Assembly: GCA_030704615.1 (NCBI GenBank)
Contig: CM060733.1
Location: 52,638,001 to 52,702,000, forward strand
DNA: 64,000 nucleotides
Reading direction: 5' to 3'
DNA from: Takakia lepidozioides
Taxonomy: Eukaryota; Plantae; Bryophyta
Shown: piece after piece, positions 25,746 through 39,079 of the stretch
How positions within the stretch are numbered: position 1 is the first letter of the stretch
Layout: the number at the start of each line of letters is the position of its first letter
Notes under the pieces: model-generated
Told to the model about the DNA's origin: nothing
Seen by the model: the letters and a program-made list of their open reading frames with translations, nothing else
Database searches by the model: none
Made by a program: the position numbers and the translations under genes

Positions 25746-28200
25746 CTGCCACCTTTTCTCAACGCCACACACCCTTCTAATCGCTCTGCTGCTGCGAAGA
25801 TCTACTGCGTGCATGCCTAGACCTCCTCTTGGTGCCCTGCCAGCCCCACCACCTCGCTTTCACTCCGCCATCTTCGCCCTGGCATGCTGGACCTTCCCCC
25901 CCAGCTAAACTCCTTTTGTTGTCTCCCCCCCTCGGCCTTTGTCAAAGTTCCCCTTGATTGCAATCTCACCTGGTCTTCTCTCGAAGCTCTTCTTGGGTAT
26001 CAGCGCCCTTACTGCGCCGCTCAACCCTTCACTCCACATTGATTTTGGACCTCTTGGCGTATCGTCGCTCCAAGCTACTCTGGCCGCCTTGGGCTTTTGC
26101 TTCGCTGGCAGGATTAAGATCGGCCTCCGCTGCTGGCTGCCCCTATTTAATCCTTATAAGGTGCCATCGCTCCATCGCTTTCCGCTCTTTTCTCCTCTCC
26201 TTCATTGCTCCCTGTAGACCCTGCTGCTGCTGCTAGTTGCTCAATTTTTCAAGCGAAGTGCTTTCTCAGCGAGCCTCCTTTTCTGCTATATCTTCATGGC
26301 TTCCAGAGGTGCCCCCCGCAAGAAAAGATCAGGCTCCGGATTGAGCTCCCGAGGGAGAGGTTCTTGGATACCTCGATCATCCTCCTCCGCCCAAACCCCT
26401 TCTTATATTCGAGGAAAAGGCCCTGAGGCCCTTGGACCTTCACCCAGTCAGGAGAAAGCCCCTTGGGTAGAATCAGTTGCTCCTGACTCTGACTCACAGG
26501 AAGTTATTTCTCTGGACCTTGAATGCCTGAGAGCCCATTCCACAAAGATGATGCAGCATGGAATTCTGGTGCAATTCCCAGGTAGGCCCAAGGACACAGA
26601 TTCGGCACGTAAGTGGATTATCGAGCATCTGGGGGTAGAAGGTGGATTGACGCACCACTACTGTCACTCAATGGGCAGGGGCTTTTACACAGTTAAATTT
26701 GGCACAAAGGAGGATGCAGACCGTGCGTTTGCGTTCAACACGCGCAAATCGAGATTCAAGGTGAACATCTTCCCCTGGTCGCCGGCATGGGGCCACAAGG
26801 ATGGAGCTACATGCAAGCCCCGGATAATCGCCCTGCCGTTTCTTCCGTATAACTACATGGCTTCTCTACCGGAGATTGGAGCTCACTTTGGCTCATACAT
26901 TGGCAGCTTAAATGTATTCGACCCCATCGACAATGCAGTGCTAAGCGTTGATCAGGATCCCTCCCTGTTCGACTCCAACAAAGATTCAAAGATCGTGGTG
27001 ATAATGCCGGAAAGTGCAAAAATTGGTTCCTACTCTAGATGGCTCTTTCATCTCAGTTCAGATCAGAGAGGAGCAGCTAAGCATCACATGTTTCGGATGC
27101 AACGGGGAAGGACACGTTGTTGCAGACTGCCCACGCAAGGCAACCTCCGACCAAAGGACCATGAGCGGCCTACCTCCGCATCTTTACGCCAAAACGCAAA
27201 GTGCACCCGAACCCGTGACGTCCCCTTCACGCTCATGAGACGCCAACGCAGATGCAACATCACTCCCAATGCTCTCGAAAGGACGTATCGCAAAAAGGAA
27301 ACGGACGGGCTCGCCCTCGGTCTCATCCCCACCTCCTCGTCCACGCCTCATTCTATTGGCTCGAGATCAGGGAAGCCCTCCCCTTCATCATCCCCCTGCA
27401 ACTTTTGACCTTTGTCCCTACTCCTACTCTCTTGAGGACCCGCACATCAATTTAGCCACGAGATGCCTTGAACTCAGATCTTTTGATAATTTAAAGCTCT
27501 GCGAATGGTCTCCTGAGAATGCAGTAAGAAGGAACTCTGCTACCATCAAGGCCACTCCTATCATCTACGCTCTTCTGGATGGTCCCAATCAGCCCCCATC
27601 CATTATGCTGACCAGTGGCTCTGAAGGACTGGCAGGATCTTGGGGTAAACACCCACCACGCTACTTATTACAAAGACAACAAGGCTGTTGAGTTTTCTCT
27701 CAAATTGGTGGGAACTATTTTCGCCGAGGAGCCTTTCCAATTCCATCTGTCAAACGAGACTACTGTGCACTTTGGTGCCTTCTGGGAGAACACAGACGAG
27801 TTCGACTTCGCCTCCACGGTGCACACTATGCTAGCCTTCCGATGGGAAGACATTGTCACTGCCAGACCTAAATACAAGCTCTACTCCTGGGCTACGCTTC
27901 AATCTTTGGAAGAGGGACCACGGGGATCCCACCCCAATAGCAAGGACGCTCCCTCTGGGGTCTTCCTGACAGCATGAGGTTTTGCCAGAAGTGTCAAGGT
28001 CCTGCGAGCAGGCTTCATCCTTGTCAATGCCATCTTGGGCTCTGGGGCGTCGCCTGCACCATCACCAGCTGCTCGCAAGTCCATGGAAATTGGCTTTCAG
28101 CCATACGCTAGCGCGGGAAAGAAGGCTCCTCTCAGATCCCCCTCTGCTCCCTCGACCACAACCTTTGCGGGTCTGCCTTCTCTGGTAAGCTTTGCTTACT
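25746..28200 (+). mobile_element. LINE 5' UTR and ORF1-like region (DUF4283-like plus CCHC knuckle), frameshifted
   Basis: Pyrimidine-rich 5' region. ORF 26296.. contains MGRGFYTVKFGTKEDADRAF..VNIFPWSP, and CFGCNGEGHVVADC appears in a shifted frame. Confidence 0.65.
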
Positions 28201-28577
28201 CTGCAAGCCGCCCCATCATTTCATCCTTCTGCCTGCTCATTTCTTGTAGGTGGCATGTCTCAAGTTGTTTGCTTCCTTTTGGCAAACCCCCACTAGCCCC
28301 CTCTTTTAAATCTGCTCTGGCTAAGCCAGACGGTTTTCTTCTTTGGCTACAGAAAGAAAATCTACGTCCTTCTCAGATCTCTCTATTTTTTTTTGGCTTA
28401 GTTGCAGAATATTGTATCCCTTGCATGCTTGGTTACGTAACAATAAAGTTCACCACCGCAGCGTCTCTCTCACCCAACTTACTACCCTCTTAACCGCACC
28501 TCCCCTACTCTGTTGGATCCTCTCCTCCTCTCCCCAAGATAGGGGGCCTACCACACTCCACTCTTCTCCTGGGCCAT

Positions 28578-31500
28578 CATCAATTACTATTGTCCTTGAG
28601 AATGATCTGGTGGCTGTTGTCAAGGCAGGCGGTAAGTTTGAAATGGAAAACCTAGGGATGCTACTCATTATGTCAGCTTAGATGTTCCCAAGTCTATCGC
28701 CTCTTGAGTTTGTGTTTCTCTGGTGGGAAGATGAGGTTGCTGTGACTGGGGTGCTATATGCCAAGTGGCGACCACATGTGAAAGACGTGCGCTGTGATCT
28801 AGAGCTTATGTTCCTTGCCAACTACATCAGGCAAATCTTTACTTCTCTCTTTGTTTTATGCTTTCTAGTGGAATGGACAATTGAAACCTTACGTGCCGTT
28901 TTTTATCCTTTTTAATGGTCAGACAAATTCTAACCATATGTGGCTGCTAGTTCCTTATGTCTCTGTCATGAAATCAATCTTGGACTATGGAAATTTGTGT
29001 ATTTAGAGGGATAGACTGGTCCAGACTACTGCTTTAAATGAAAGAGTGATATGCATAGGGAAAGTGAGATTAACAGATGCAATGTCATATGTGAGTCTTG
29101 GCTGTGACAGGAAAGCAAATGAACTGAAGGCATCTATTGATGTATCTGAGCCAGTGGTGCAGCAGTTTGAGCAGTTTTGGTGCTCCTTCTGTGATAACCC
29201 CTTAAAAGGTTTGTGTTCAACCAGCTGGCTGTCTCCTTGGGGTATCTTTTCCTTTCAGAAGTTGAGATGCAGGTCTTTGACACATGCAAGAGTGAGATCG
29301 AAGGGTTTGTGTGTCTCTACAACAGAGGGATGTACTCATTAGACTTTGCTTCTTGTAGCCTGGCGGCAATAGAGCCTGTGCCTGGAACAGTAAGGGGAAG
29401 TGGATGGGGGCCCACTAGTGGATGAGCCTTCCTAATGGTGGTGTCAACATGATTAGCTCTATACTTTTGGAAGGAAGCTTTTGTATAGCATCAGTTGTTG
29501 TTTTTTCTCACCCTGTATCAGAAACAATGAAACCCACACCTTTCAACATTGGCTCTAGCATTAAATGTCGCCAAAAAGAGGTGGAGTGACTCTTGTTTGG
29601 AAGAATACCCATTATTGTCTATCATTTAGCTGGGTAAATGTACCATTCAAAGGTAGGCAAACTACTCATCGTTTGACCTCAGTGTAAGCCTAAGCATGAG
29701 AAGTTCCTTTGGTAGCCCATGAGCCCCACTTGTTCGTCACAGGTTGTGAGGGCTTCAGTCTATTCAACGGAGATCTCTAGGGACTTCAAAAACTCATGTC
29801 CTCTCTTGTACCATCTTGGCTTGTTTCACAGGTCAGTGTTGTTTCTAAGGGGTACAGTGAGCAATCTTTTGGTATCTTTTCTTGTCCTTCTGAGCCACCT
29901 GGTGCCTCTACCTCAGTTAAAATCACCTGTTACGATCTCGAATCTGCAGGAGACACATGCTGTGGCTAGTCGAAGGACGTTCAGCAGCATCATCTCTTCA
30001 ATATCGACTCTCCCTCTGTAGCAGGAAAAGTGGAATTTTGTAGATCTGCCATTTGTACAAGCCATTAAGTCTTTTACACCTTTTGGACCACTCATGATCA
30101 AACCAAAGCCTATGTAGTGAGGCACTTGGTCAGAAGCACCTATAAGAATTTCCCACTTGCTACTATTGTGCAGACCATAAACATCCCCAAGGAATTCATT
30201 CCGACCTTTCAAGCATTTAGATACGGTTCTTCAGAAATTTCCTTGTTTGTTGTGCCCAGGTTGCAACACTATCTTGCAAAACATCTGTCCCCAGGTGTAT
30301 GGCTTATTTATGGTGAAGCTTGCAGGTATGTCTCACATAGCCCATGTGCTGTGTAACAAGAAATGAAATGAAATGAAATAACGTCCATGGAAAGCTCAAA
30401 GAGCTTACGGGACAAAATGGAAAAAAACAAGAGAGAGGAGAAAACCAGAGCCAAAAAGCAGCCCAAAAGCAACTACTGCTCAAGGGATTGCCTAAGGGTC
30501 AAGGCCTCGTGCACGTAAGCTGCTAAGAAAGGTAAAGTTAAAGCCTGAGACAGACTTCAACCTCCTTGTAGATGACTAACCATGAGTGAAGATGTGAATT
30601 AGGGCTGGGGAATGAAATCTGTAAGATTCTTCACAGGCAGGTTTGTGCGGGAGGAAAGCAGGAGAAATAATTGGTTAGAATGTTGTAGTTTCCCTATGCC
30701 ATCTGTATAATACTAGACTGCAAGCATAGTTTGAAGCATTTCTTATGTGTTGGGTTGGGTGTTGCCTGATTGCTTGTAATTGTGCCTAAAATCCTTCATT
30801 GGACTTCACAGTTGCACTCACATTGATCGGGGGAGTTCAAGATGTGGATGCATCGGGCACAAGGGTACGCGGTGAATCCCATCTCCTTCTCATTGGTGAC
30901 CCAGGTCAGTGATTGGTTTTTGTCTGTCCAAGTTATATCCCACTTAAAGGTTCTCATCAGTATAGCTCTTGTTGGGGTTCCTAATGTATACTACTTTGCC
31001 ACTCGTGCTAAAATGGCACCCTTGTAGAACTGTTATAAAAATTGATGTGGGTAAGTTGCAGTATAACATAAACCACTACAAATGTACGTTTCCTTAATAA
31101 TGCGTTTGTATAATTATGGAAGATCAATAACGTCCACAGAAACCATAGCAAGATTTGATAAACAACCTACGAGCAATATTCTTTACTGAAAATAAAATTG
31201 GTAGGCACATGCTGATGCATGCCGCCATGGTAAGTGGATGAGTCATGCATGTATTCATAGATGTTCCCGTGTTAAGTTGTTAAGCATCTGTTGATTGCAA
31301 CTTTTGGTTTATGACAGGAACGGGCAAGTCACAGTTTCTTAAGTAAGCGGAAAAGCTGAGTCATCGATCGGTGATGACTACAGGCCTTGGCAGCACCAGT
31401 GCCGGCCTCACAGTTACTGCTGTCAAGGATGGAGGTAACAAGCCACTTCAAATACCACCTCATTGTAGTGGTAATGGTCCACGTATTACAGAGCGCTTGA

Positions 31501-33553
31501 CTTGTTGCTGAGGTTATCTGTACGTGGTAATGGATGCTGGAAGCTGGGGCACTGGTGTTGGCAGACAGCAGCCTCTGCTGCATTGATGAGTTTGACAGGT
31601 AGTACTTAAGACCTATAACCATTCAAGCTACGAAAGTTCCTCATGGACCCACCTCGATATGATACACCACTTTGAGTCTGGCATGCATTTGTTTACAACG
31701 TTTGTGTTTGATCCAGTATCCTCCCATCGGTGTCTTCCACAGAGAATATATAGTCACATACTACATTCTGTAGAGATATGAGGTTCTGGGCTCTTCCTCA
31801 GACTAAGAAGTTGACTGTAAATACAGTGACACACTAAGAAGTTTACTCAGTTTGGATTTATTTTAGAGCATTTGCAAGAGTTTTGTGCTGCAACTTCAGT
31901 GGTCAATTCTGTGGTTGCCACTTGTAATTTATGTTTAGTAAGTGGCTGCAGTGGAGGGAAGGTGGCTTCCCCCATCCCTTGGTCTGTCAAACTCTGTCGT
32001 GAGGTCACTGGTTGCGTTGTAAGTGACCAACTGGAGACTAACACAGACATCTCTATGTAGCATTCGGGAGTCAGACAGAACTACAAGACATGAAGCTATG
32101 GAACAACAAACCATCATTGTTGCAAAGGTACTTTAAATCTGCTATGGACTATGGGAATGCTGCAGAGGTAACATTTGTCATGGCCAGGTCTGTGTGTGGG
32201 TTCCTTTCTTGTGATCGGCACTAATTTGCTAGCCGTGTTAGAAGCAAATCTTCTTGGTTCAAAATTACTTTTCGAGGCCGTGCGAGCAGTGAAGAGATTC
32301 TTTGAAATTTGAAAAGCAGTGGAAGATCATGGCCACTCTTTCAACCAGCTGTCTATAACCAAACCAGCATTTTGGTTTGCTGTGACTGGCAGTTATATCC
32401 AATATGTGCGCCAGGAGTAGGTACCTGATCTCCTTCCACATCCCTTCTGCCTCTGTGCAAGGTCATCTGGACTGAGTCAATGGAATCAGGGTTTGTATAC
32501 CCTGTATCCTTATTTGTAAATCCTCATTGAAAGCCAGCAGATGCAAGTGTTCATCTGCCTCCTCACTTCTGCTAAATCTGTGTCCTTGCAGCCAATGTGG
32601 TAGTTGAGTGAGCTTGTCCAGCTGGTAGCTGAGCTCTCATGACTGTCTCCCGAAATTCTTAGCATTGAGCATTCTTAGGCCTGTTTGGTTGTCTAGTTTT
32701 TTGATGGGCTCCCAAGCTCCGTGAGTTTCATGTGGAAGTTGTAAGTTTCCTTGTTTCTTTTAGTCTGTTCAGTGGACATGTTAAGTACGTATCAAAGTAT
32801 TCTTCACCTTCCCTGCATGAGTGGTCACATACACCAGGTGCTTCTTAATAGTCAGACACTAAACTTAGGAACTGATGTGGGTCTTCTGCTAAATGACTGC
32901 AGCTAGGACCACAATACGTATGCTTGAAAGTTTGATCAGGCTTGCACAAGGTACAAGTGATATCTTGATTTTAAAAGTGTCCCGCCCTTTCTCTAGTAAA
33001 GTGACCCTTGAGTCTTCCAACACCGCCAGACATGCTTGTGTTTAACCAGGATTTTATGTGACTGTTTCTGTAAAGAAACTCATTGCCATTTCTTGTGCTT
33101 GTTGTATAGATCTGTAAACTGTTATGTGCTGCTCATGTATACCCTCTTCATCCAGCACCCAATCTCTGCGGGCATGTGGGCATGTTTTGGGTTCAGCACA
33201 TGCAAGGCTCATGTTCCGAAGGGAAGTGAGACAGGCCGATGCTGTTGCGGCAGTTATCTGCATGGAATCCTCCATGATAACATCAGCTATTCTAGATGGG
33301 ATGGGCACGCCCTTCATTCCAGCTTTGCGGAGAACCCAGACGAGGAATGTATCCAAACCAAATGATTGTTTTTGAACAATATCTGATATTCCATAATTGG
33401 TGGTCCTTCTGCCAGTAATTACACTGAAAGGAAAAGTTTCCCTTCACCACAATCGCAGATACACAGCAAGAGCAAGCAATACTTACAAAGCTTAATCTGC
33501 CGGTCAGCAGTGCGTGCCATTTACGTCCCTGTCATTTGTCAAACAAGGGCTAA
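28578..33553 (+). pseudogene. MCM9: MCM9 helicase pseudogene, 5'-truncated, introns retained
   Basis: Exons ~28578-28631, 28731-28830, 29111-29208, 30260-30325, 30812-30904, 31318-31434, ~31526-31598, 32061-32127, 32903-32950, 33197-33348, 33459-33553. They encode [44 protein letters not shown] and RTTIRMLESLIRLAQAHARLM. Stops at 31344 and 31528, a frameshift near 33305, and no arginine-finger exon found. Confidence 0.88.
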
Positions 33554-35473
33554 GGTTCAGACAGTTTGAGAAATGGAGGGGTGGCCACTTCTGGTCACCA
33601 GCCAGCACGGGAAGCATCTGTCGTGCCTGGCATTTCCGAAAGAAAGAACTCCGAGGTTTCAGATTCACATCTGCAACCGGGTGCTCATTTAGCTCCAAGT
33701 GGGCTAATTCTAAGGCAGCCTGTCGAACGTGACCAATGAATCCGTTGCCAATCAATCTGAAGGGACAGGTAAATAATGTCACTGACAATCTTGGAGGACC
33801 TCACTACAGAAAAGAATTCAGTGTTCTGATTCGGAATGACAAACCTTGTTGATGGTCGTATAGCACCAAATTTCAGATCCTAGATTTGGATTATTCTGGA
33901 ATAGAAAGAATGCCCATGCATGTCAGTATTCAGGAAAAAAAGAAATGTGACTGAGAGAATGTGACTAGAGAAATGTGGCTGAGCACTTGACTGCAGTTGA
34001 GTGCTGGGGAAGGGAGTGCTACCTTCAGTCCCTAAATGCTTGCCTTCGGCAGTTGTATCTAATAATTCCTCTCAACTTCCAGTTAGAAGATTGTGTTGGG
34101 GGTGAGGAAGACACATGTTTGGTTGCTTCAACGGAGGTGAAACAGGTGAGACTCAATGCCAAAGCAGGCTAGATGTGTATCTTGTTTCATTGACAAGTAA
34201 ATGCACCCAGGTGCTACTGATGGAGTGGAGCGGGTATTTAGGTGCGGATGAGCTTCAAGGTAAGTCCCACCCAATCTGATGACAGTACAGTAGCATACTG
34301 ATTTTATCACCGCATTTCACAGTTTTGATCTCCATATGTGATTGATTTCATGTATGTACTAGGCGTCTAGCCCTCATTAACTAACCTATGAGAGATTCCT
34401 TGGGGACATTGCAGTCTCCTTGTAGACTGGAGCCATAGAATTTAGGTGTTTGTTATGACTTGTGTCAAGAGTTGCTTCAAGAGAGCTAAGATTGGTTGGA
34501 TTCTAGGCTCTCTTATCAATCTCAATGCTTTCAGCTATTGGATGGTCACAACTACTGCACTGGAATGGAGCAAAACTTGGCTTCAGAAGATTATCCTTTC
34601 ACATGCAGAATTTGTCTTTTCCCAAGTCAGTAGTGCACCACAGAGATGATAGAAGCTGGCCCTCCATCTTACAGGACCTAGTGGATGATTACCTTCTCAC
34701 TTAAGATTGCCTCCAGTAAGGTTCTGGGATTTTCATTTCTGTTGATATGTGAATGCAGCTACTTCTCTTAATGCCAAAATGGGTGGATGATAATGCTCGA
34801 AGAAGCCCGGCCAAAGGGCAAGTGCAGCAGATCATGCTCATCCCCACAGAGGATGAGCTACCCCAGGGAAGCCAGTTTGGTGTCATTGAGAGGTTCAACT
34901 CATTTCAGACCAGACGTGTGTAAACCTGCCAACCAAAGACAAGCCCTGTATGTAAGTTCCCATATCTTTCCTTCTAACAGATTTGTACCCACTTTGCAAG
35001 CAAAACCCATTTTGGCTGTACAGATATGGGTGTATGGTATATGGTGTCCTATCAAGTCAAATAAGAGGTTGTTGCAGAAAGGTTGCTGCATTTGGCGAGA
35101 GAGGAATAGGAATCAGTCAAAAGTTCCAGCGCTGTACAGAAAAATGCGTATCCATTTGTCCTTCACCGTATCCTCTCCTGGATAGCTAAGGGATGGGTGT
35201 ATAAAAGTCGTTCAACAATATCCTTTGCTGAGCTCTGCAAGCAGTCCCCTATTAAAACGTAAATTGGGAACTTGAACTATCTTTAAATGAATAGAAACCT
35301 CATGTAAGAATGGTAATGGGATCAAATGTCTAGAAAACAACACTTTGAAACGGTAAGTTATTTTTGGTTTTGTTTTTTTTTTCAGCCCCCCATTTTCGAT
35401 TTAATTATCAGACAGCAAAGGCACCTACAATACATAAATATATTGCTTGGACTGTGGAGCAGAGTTCTCCTAA

Positions 35474-35659
35474 TAATAATATTTAATATTTGACGCCTCC
35501 CGAAGGAAGCGTAAATTAGGTGTCTCTTTACCCCGAAGGGTTACTGCCTTCCTTCCGCTAGGAAGGTGGACACCTTTGTGACACCAAGGGTGGATTGAAC
35601 CCACAACCACTTCCGAGGTGGTATGTGCCCATTACCACTGGGCTACAACTTGGTTTGTC
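35474..35659 (-). mobile_element. Full-length tRNA-derived SINE
   Basis: 14-bp TSD CAGAGTTCTCCTAA (35460-35473 and 35660-35673), A box tagcccagtgg, B box ggttcaatcc, and a (TAT)n tail. Confidence 0.9.
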
Positions 35660-35737
35660 CAGAGTTCTCCTAAAAGTTAGTGGCTTCCGACAGAGGCAGA
35701 CATGGACTGTAGGGTGCTCCGTCATCTGTGACATCAT

Positions 35738-35862
35738 GTGGCTCAAAGTATGAGCGTAACTTATGGTGTCTCTTCACCACAAGGGCTACTGCCTTCCAGC
35801 TGAAAGGTGGACAGCTTCATGACACACCAGTGGTTTGAACCCACAACCACATCCAACATGGT
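35738..35862 (-). mobile_element. 5'-truncated copy of the same SINE
   Basis: B box ggttcaaacc plus a body (tgtcc...ggaaggcagtag...gagacacc) homologous to the other two copies. Confidence 0.75.
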
Positions 35863-36378
35863 TGAATGAACTTGCTTTGACATATTAGAATGGTACCTTT
35901 GGATTGCTTTGGAAGAGGGTGTTCAAAGGGGTCATTAAAGAATGTTATTGAGTTGCAAACCAGCTCAATTTGGACGGTATCCAATGAATGATCTATTTAC
36001 TGTGACCTTATTTATTTGAACCTCTGCTAAGTAATCTATTCTTCGAATATTGCTCTGGCGTAGGGGCTGTGGAGCATAAATTGTCTGTTGGTTCACTCAA
36101 CAAACAAGCCTCTGAGAAGGAAGAGGTGAGGTTATAGTTGAATCAATGCTTCGCTTTTTATTCTTATTTCAATTTTCAATTTTTGTTGATAGGCGTTCTT
36201 GTTACGAAAGTGTTCTCACGCTTTTGGCAGGAAAAAGTAGAGATCTTTATTATCGCTTATAGTGTAGATGCATGTTCAATTTAGGCAGTTTAGTGCAGTA
36301 TGGACGCCTTGTCTTCGTTCGTCAAAGTCTTCACTTTGATGGTTGGTGTTTCACTCTAAAATGTGCTAGTATATTTCA

Positions 36379-38440
36379 ATGGCTTATAACGCTCCCATTA
36401 GTTCTTCTGAGATTGTGGAAGCAATTGAACATTTAAACGGATATAAAGCTGGTGGACCTGATGGTATAGTCAACGAGCTTATCAAACACGGTGGCGATCC
36501 CATGATAGAGGCCCTAGTTCTCCTCTTTAACCTTATCTGGAAGACTGAAATGATCCCCTTTCGCTGGCGACAGAGGGTCATTGTCAATCTATACAAGAAG
36601 GGTGACAGAGAAGAACCTGGGAACTACCGTGGCATCACGCTCCTCAATGCTGTTGGCAAGTCATTCTGCAGAGTTATAAGTACTCGTCTCGAGGTTGATC
36701 TGGAGTCTAGAGGTTGTTTCCACAAAGGCCAAGCTGGTTTTCGGCGAAACAGGGGCTGTGTGGATCATATCTTCACTCTAAGCCAGATTATCCAGGGAAG
36801 GAAAAAAGAAGGGAAACCTACTTATGTTTTTTTCCTGGATGTCAAAAAGGCTTATGACACAGTGTGGAGAGATGGCCTATGGTTCCCGCCTCTGGTCTTG
36901 TGGGATCAAGGGAAAGATGTGGAGAGTTGTCCACAACTTGTATGCTCACACCAAAAGCTGTGTCACTGTTAACGGACAGAAGTCCAACTTCTTTGACATG
37001 GACCAAGGTGTAGCTCAAGGATGTACTCTGCTCTTCAATGTTTTCATCAATCAACTCCTCGAGGACGTGGAAAGTGAGGGATTTGGGTTAAGGGTGTTGA
37101 TACCACCATACCAGCCCTTATGTTTGCGGATGACTTCGCAGGCATAGGGGAGACTCCAACCAATCTCCAGGAGTTGATTGATTGCGCGAAGAGATACTTT
37201 GATCTTTGGGGCTAGAGGCTAATGTCAGCAAATGTGCAGTGGTAGCATTCAATGACAGAGGAGAGGGAGGAAGTGATCTTAAGTGGCAGTGGGGTAGCCA
37301 AGAGATCCCGGTCCTCCCTTCCTACACTTACCTGGGTGTTGAGTTTTCCTCCAATTGTAATTGGGATGCACATATCCGGAAAGTTGTTCAAACTGGCAAG
37401 GGCAAAGCTCTGGGGCTCACTACATTTTTCCACTGCAGACGGGTCAACTCTGAGGTTAAGAAAACCATGCTTTGTCGCGTTATTAGACCTGCCTTGGAGT
37501 ACGGATCTGCAATATGGGTTGATAACTCCAACCAGGCTAAGTCTCTAGAATCCATTCAAGTGGGGGTGCTTAAGGAGTGTATGTCAGCATGCTCCAAAAC
37601 AGCCAATGTGGCTGTTCGGGGTGAGTTTGGCATTCCGTCCTTAAGCTCCCGACGAGATGAATTCAAAGTCAGATGGTGGGGTCAGCTGCAACATATGTCC
37701 AACCAGGTATCCTAAGTTAATCGACTCTATATCTTGGAAACAGGACCGCCCTGTCAAACCCCTGGCAGAAGAGAGTAGAAGAGATTCTCAAGGACCTGGA
37801 CCTGGAACCGCAAGTCTTGACCCTGCTGGATAAATCTGACTTAGAGGCTGTAGTGCCCAAAGCCCTGTCTGTTGCCATGAGATTGTCTGATGAAAATGAA
37901 GTTAGGCAGAAAACTTCCCTGAACTTGTTTCCAGTCAGTGACATGGGGGAGGACATCTTGGATGACCTCAAGGGTCTACCCACTCTCGGCACTAGACTGA
38001 AATTTAAACTCAGGGCAGGAAGCCTACCTTTGAACAGCAAACAGAAGCAGAGAGGAAAGGGAGAGTACAAGTGCCCGGTGTGTGGGCAACCTGAAGACAG
38101 TATTCATTTTCTGATACACTGTCCGGGGTTCTCTCACCAAAGAGACGCTCTCTTCAAATCTATCAAGGGAATTGTGCCTGTACCTTTGTTTACCAACTTT
38201 GAAAGTCTCGAGGCTGACCAAAAGCCCAGGCCCTCCTGAGGCCTAGTTTTTGGGCAAATCACACAGCAGATTGATGCTCGTGAAGGGATTTCTAGAGGAT
38301 ATCTGGAAAACCCGGATTAATTCTATATATGAAGGTAAGTCTTACTACCAACGTCAGCCCCTGACAGAGGTAGGTTCTGTCCCTTTTGTTTCCGCTCAAA
38401 CTGGGCGCGGGGTCAATGGCCACAAGGTACGGCAAACAAC
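36379..38440 (+). mobile_element. 5'-truncated non-LTR retrotransposon (RT plus C-terminal CCHC), RTEX/CR1-like rather than plant L1
   Basis: KAGGPDG, PGNYRGITLL, QAGFR, FLDVKKAYDTVWR, GVAQGC, MFADD, YTYLG, RLKFKLRAG..CPVCGQPEDSIHFLIHCP; several frameshifts. Confidence 0.88.
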
Positions 38441-38469
38441 GTCTTACGAGTACAATCTAAAATGTGCTC

Positions 38470-38733
38470 AGTTACAACGGAGTATACATGATCTTAGTAG
38501 ATGCATACATGTTTGTGGTTGCAGCATTTCCGATGGGACCATTTCAAATCAAAAGAGTACATGACAATGGAACTGTTGATTTGCAGACCTTGGAACAAGA
38601 ATTCATGGGACGAATTAATATTAACAAGTTAAAAGGCTACCAAGGAATACATGACTTATACGCCAACGAGGAAGATCAAACTGAAGATGAGGAGCGTGAA
38701 ACCGCCAGTGCATACTTCATCACGACACGGTGA
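38470..38733 (+). mobile_element. Gypsy integrase C-terminal (GPY/F) fragment
   Basis: MGPFQIKRVHDNGTVDL..ININKLKGY. Confidence 0.7.
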
Positions 38734-39079
38734 ATCGGCATGTACTAAGACAGGTGGCAACACGAATTCAGGGCACCACGACGGCTAGACCACCATTTAT
38801 CTGGAGGACAGCATTACCACCCCGTATACCGCCCGTGGCCAGCACATTATAATCCAGACTTTTGTGATTATCTTCACAATAAAGTCTATGTGCAGAAATT
38901 CATTTTGGATTTTGGAAAGAACCAGGAGTTAACCATTGATGTGTGGACGAGGCGTACTCAATGATTAATACTTGGCGTGCAGTTTATGACATTTTTCGAA
39001 GGTCATGGTTTTTTGTGGGTATTATGATGATTTTGACTCAATGATCGAACTAAGAATAGCCCTTTCACGAGTTGTGCAG

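Noticed and set aside
28578-33553. Functional MCM9 gene
   Set aside because: In-frame stops, a frameshift and missing exons.
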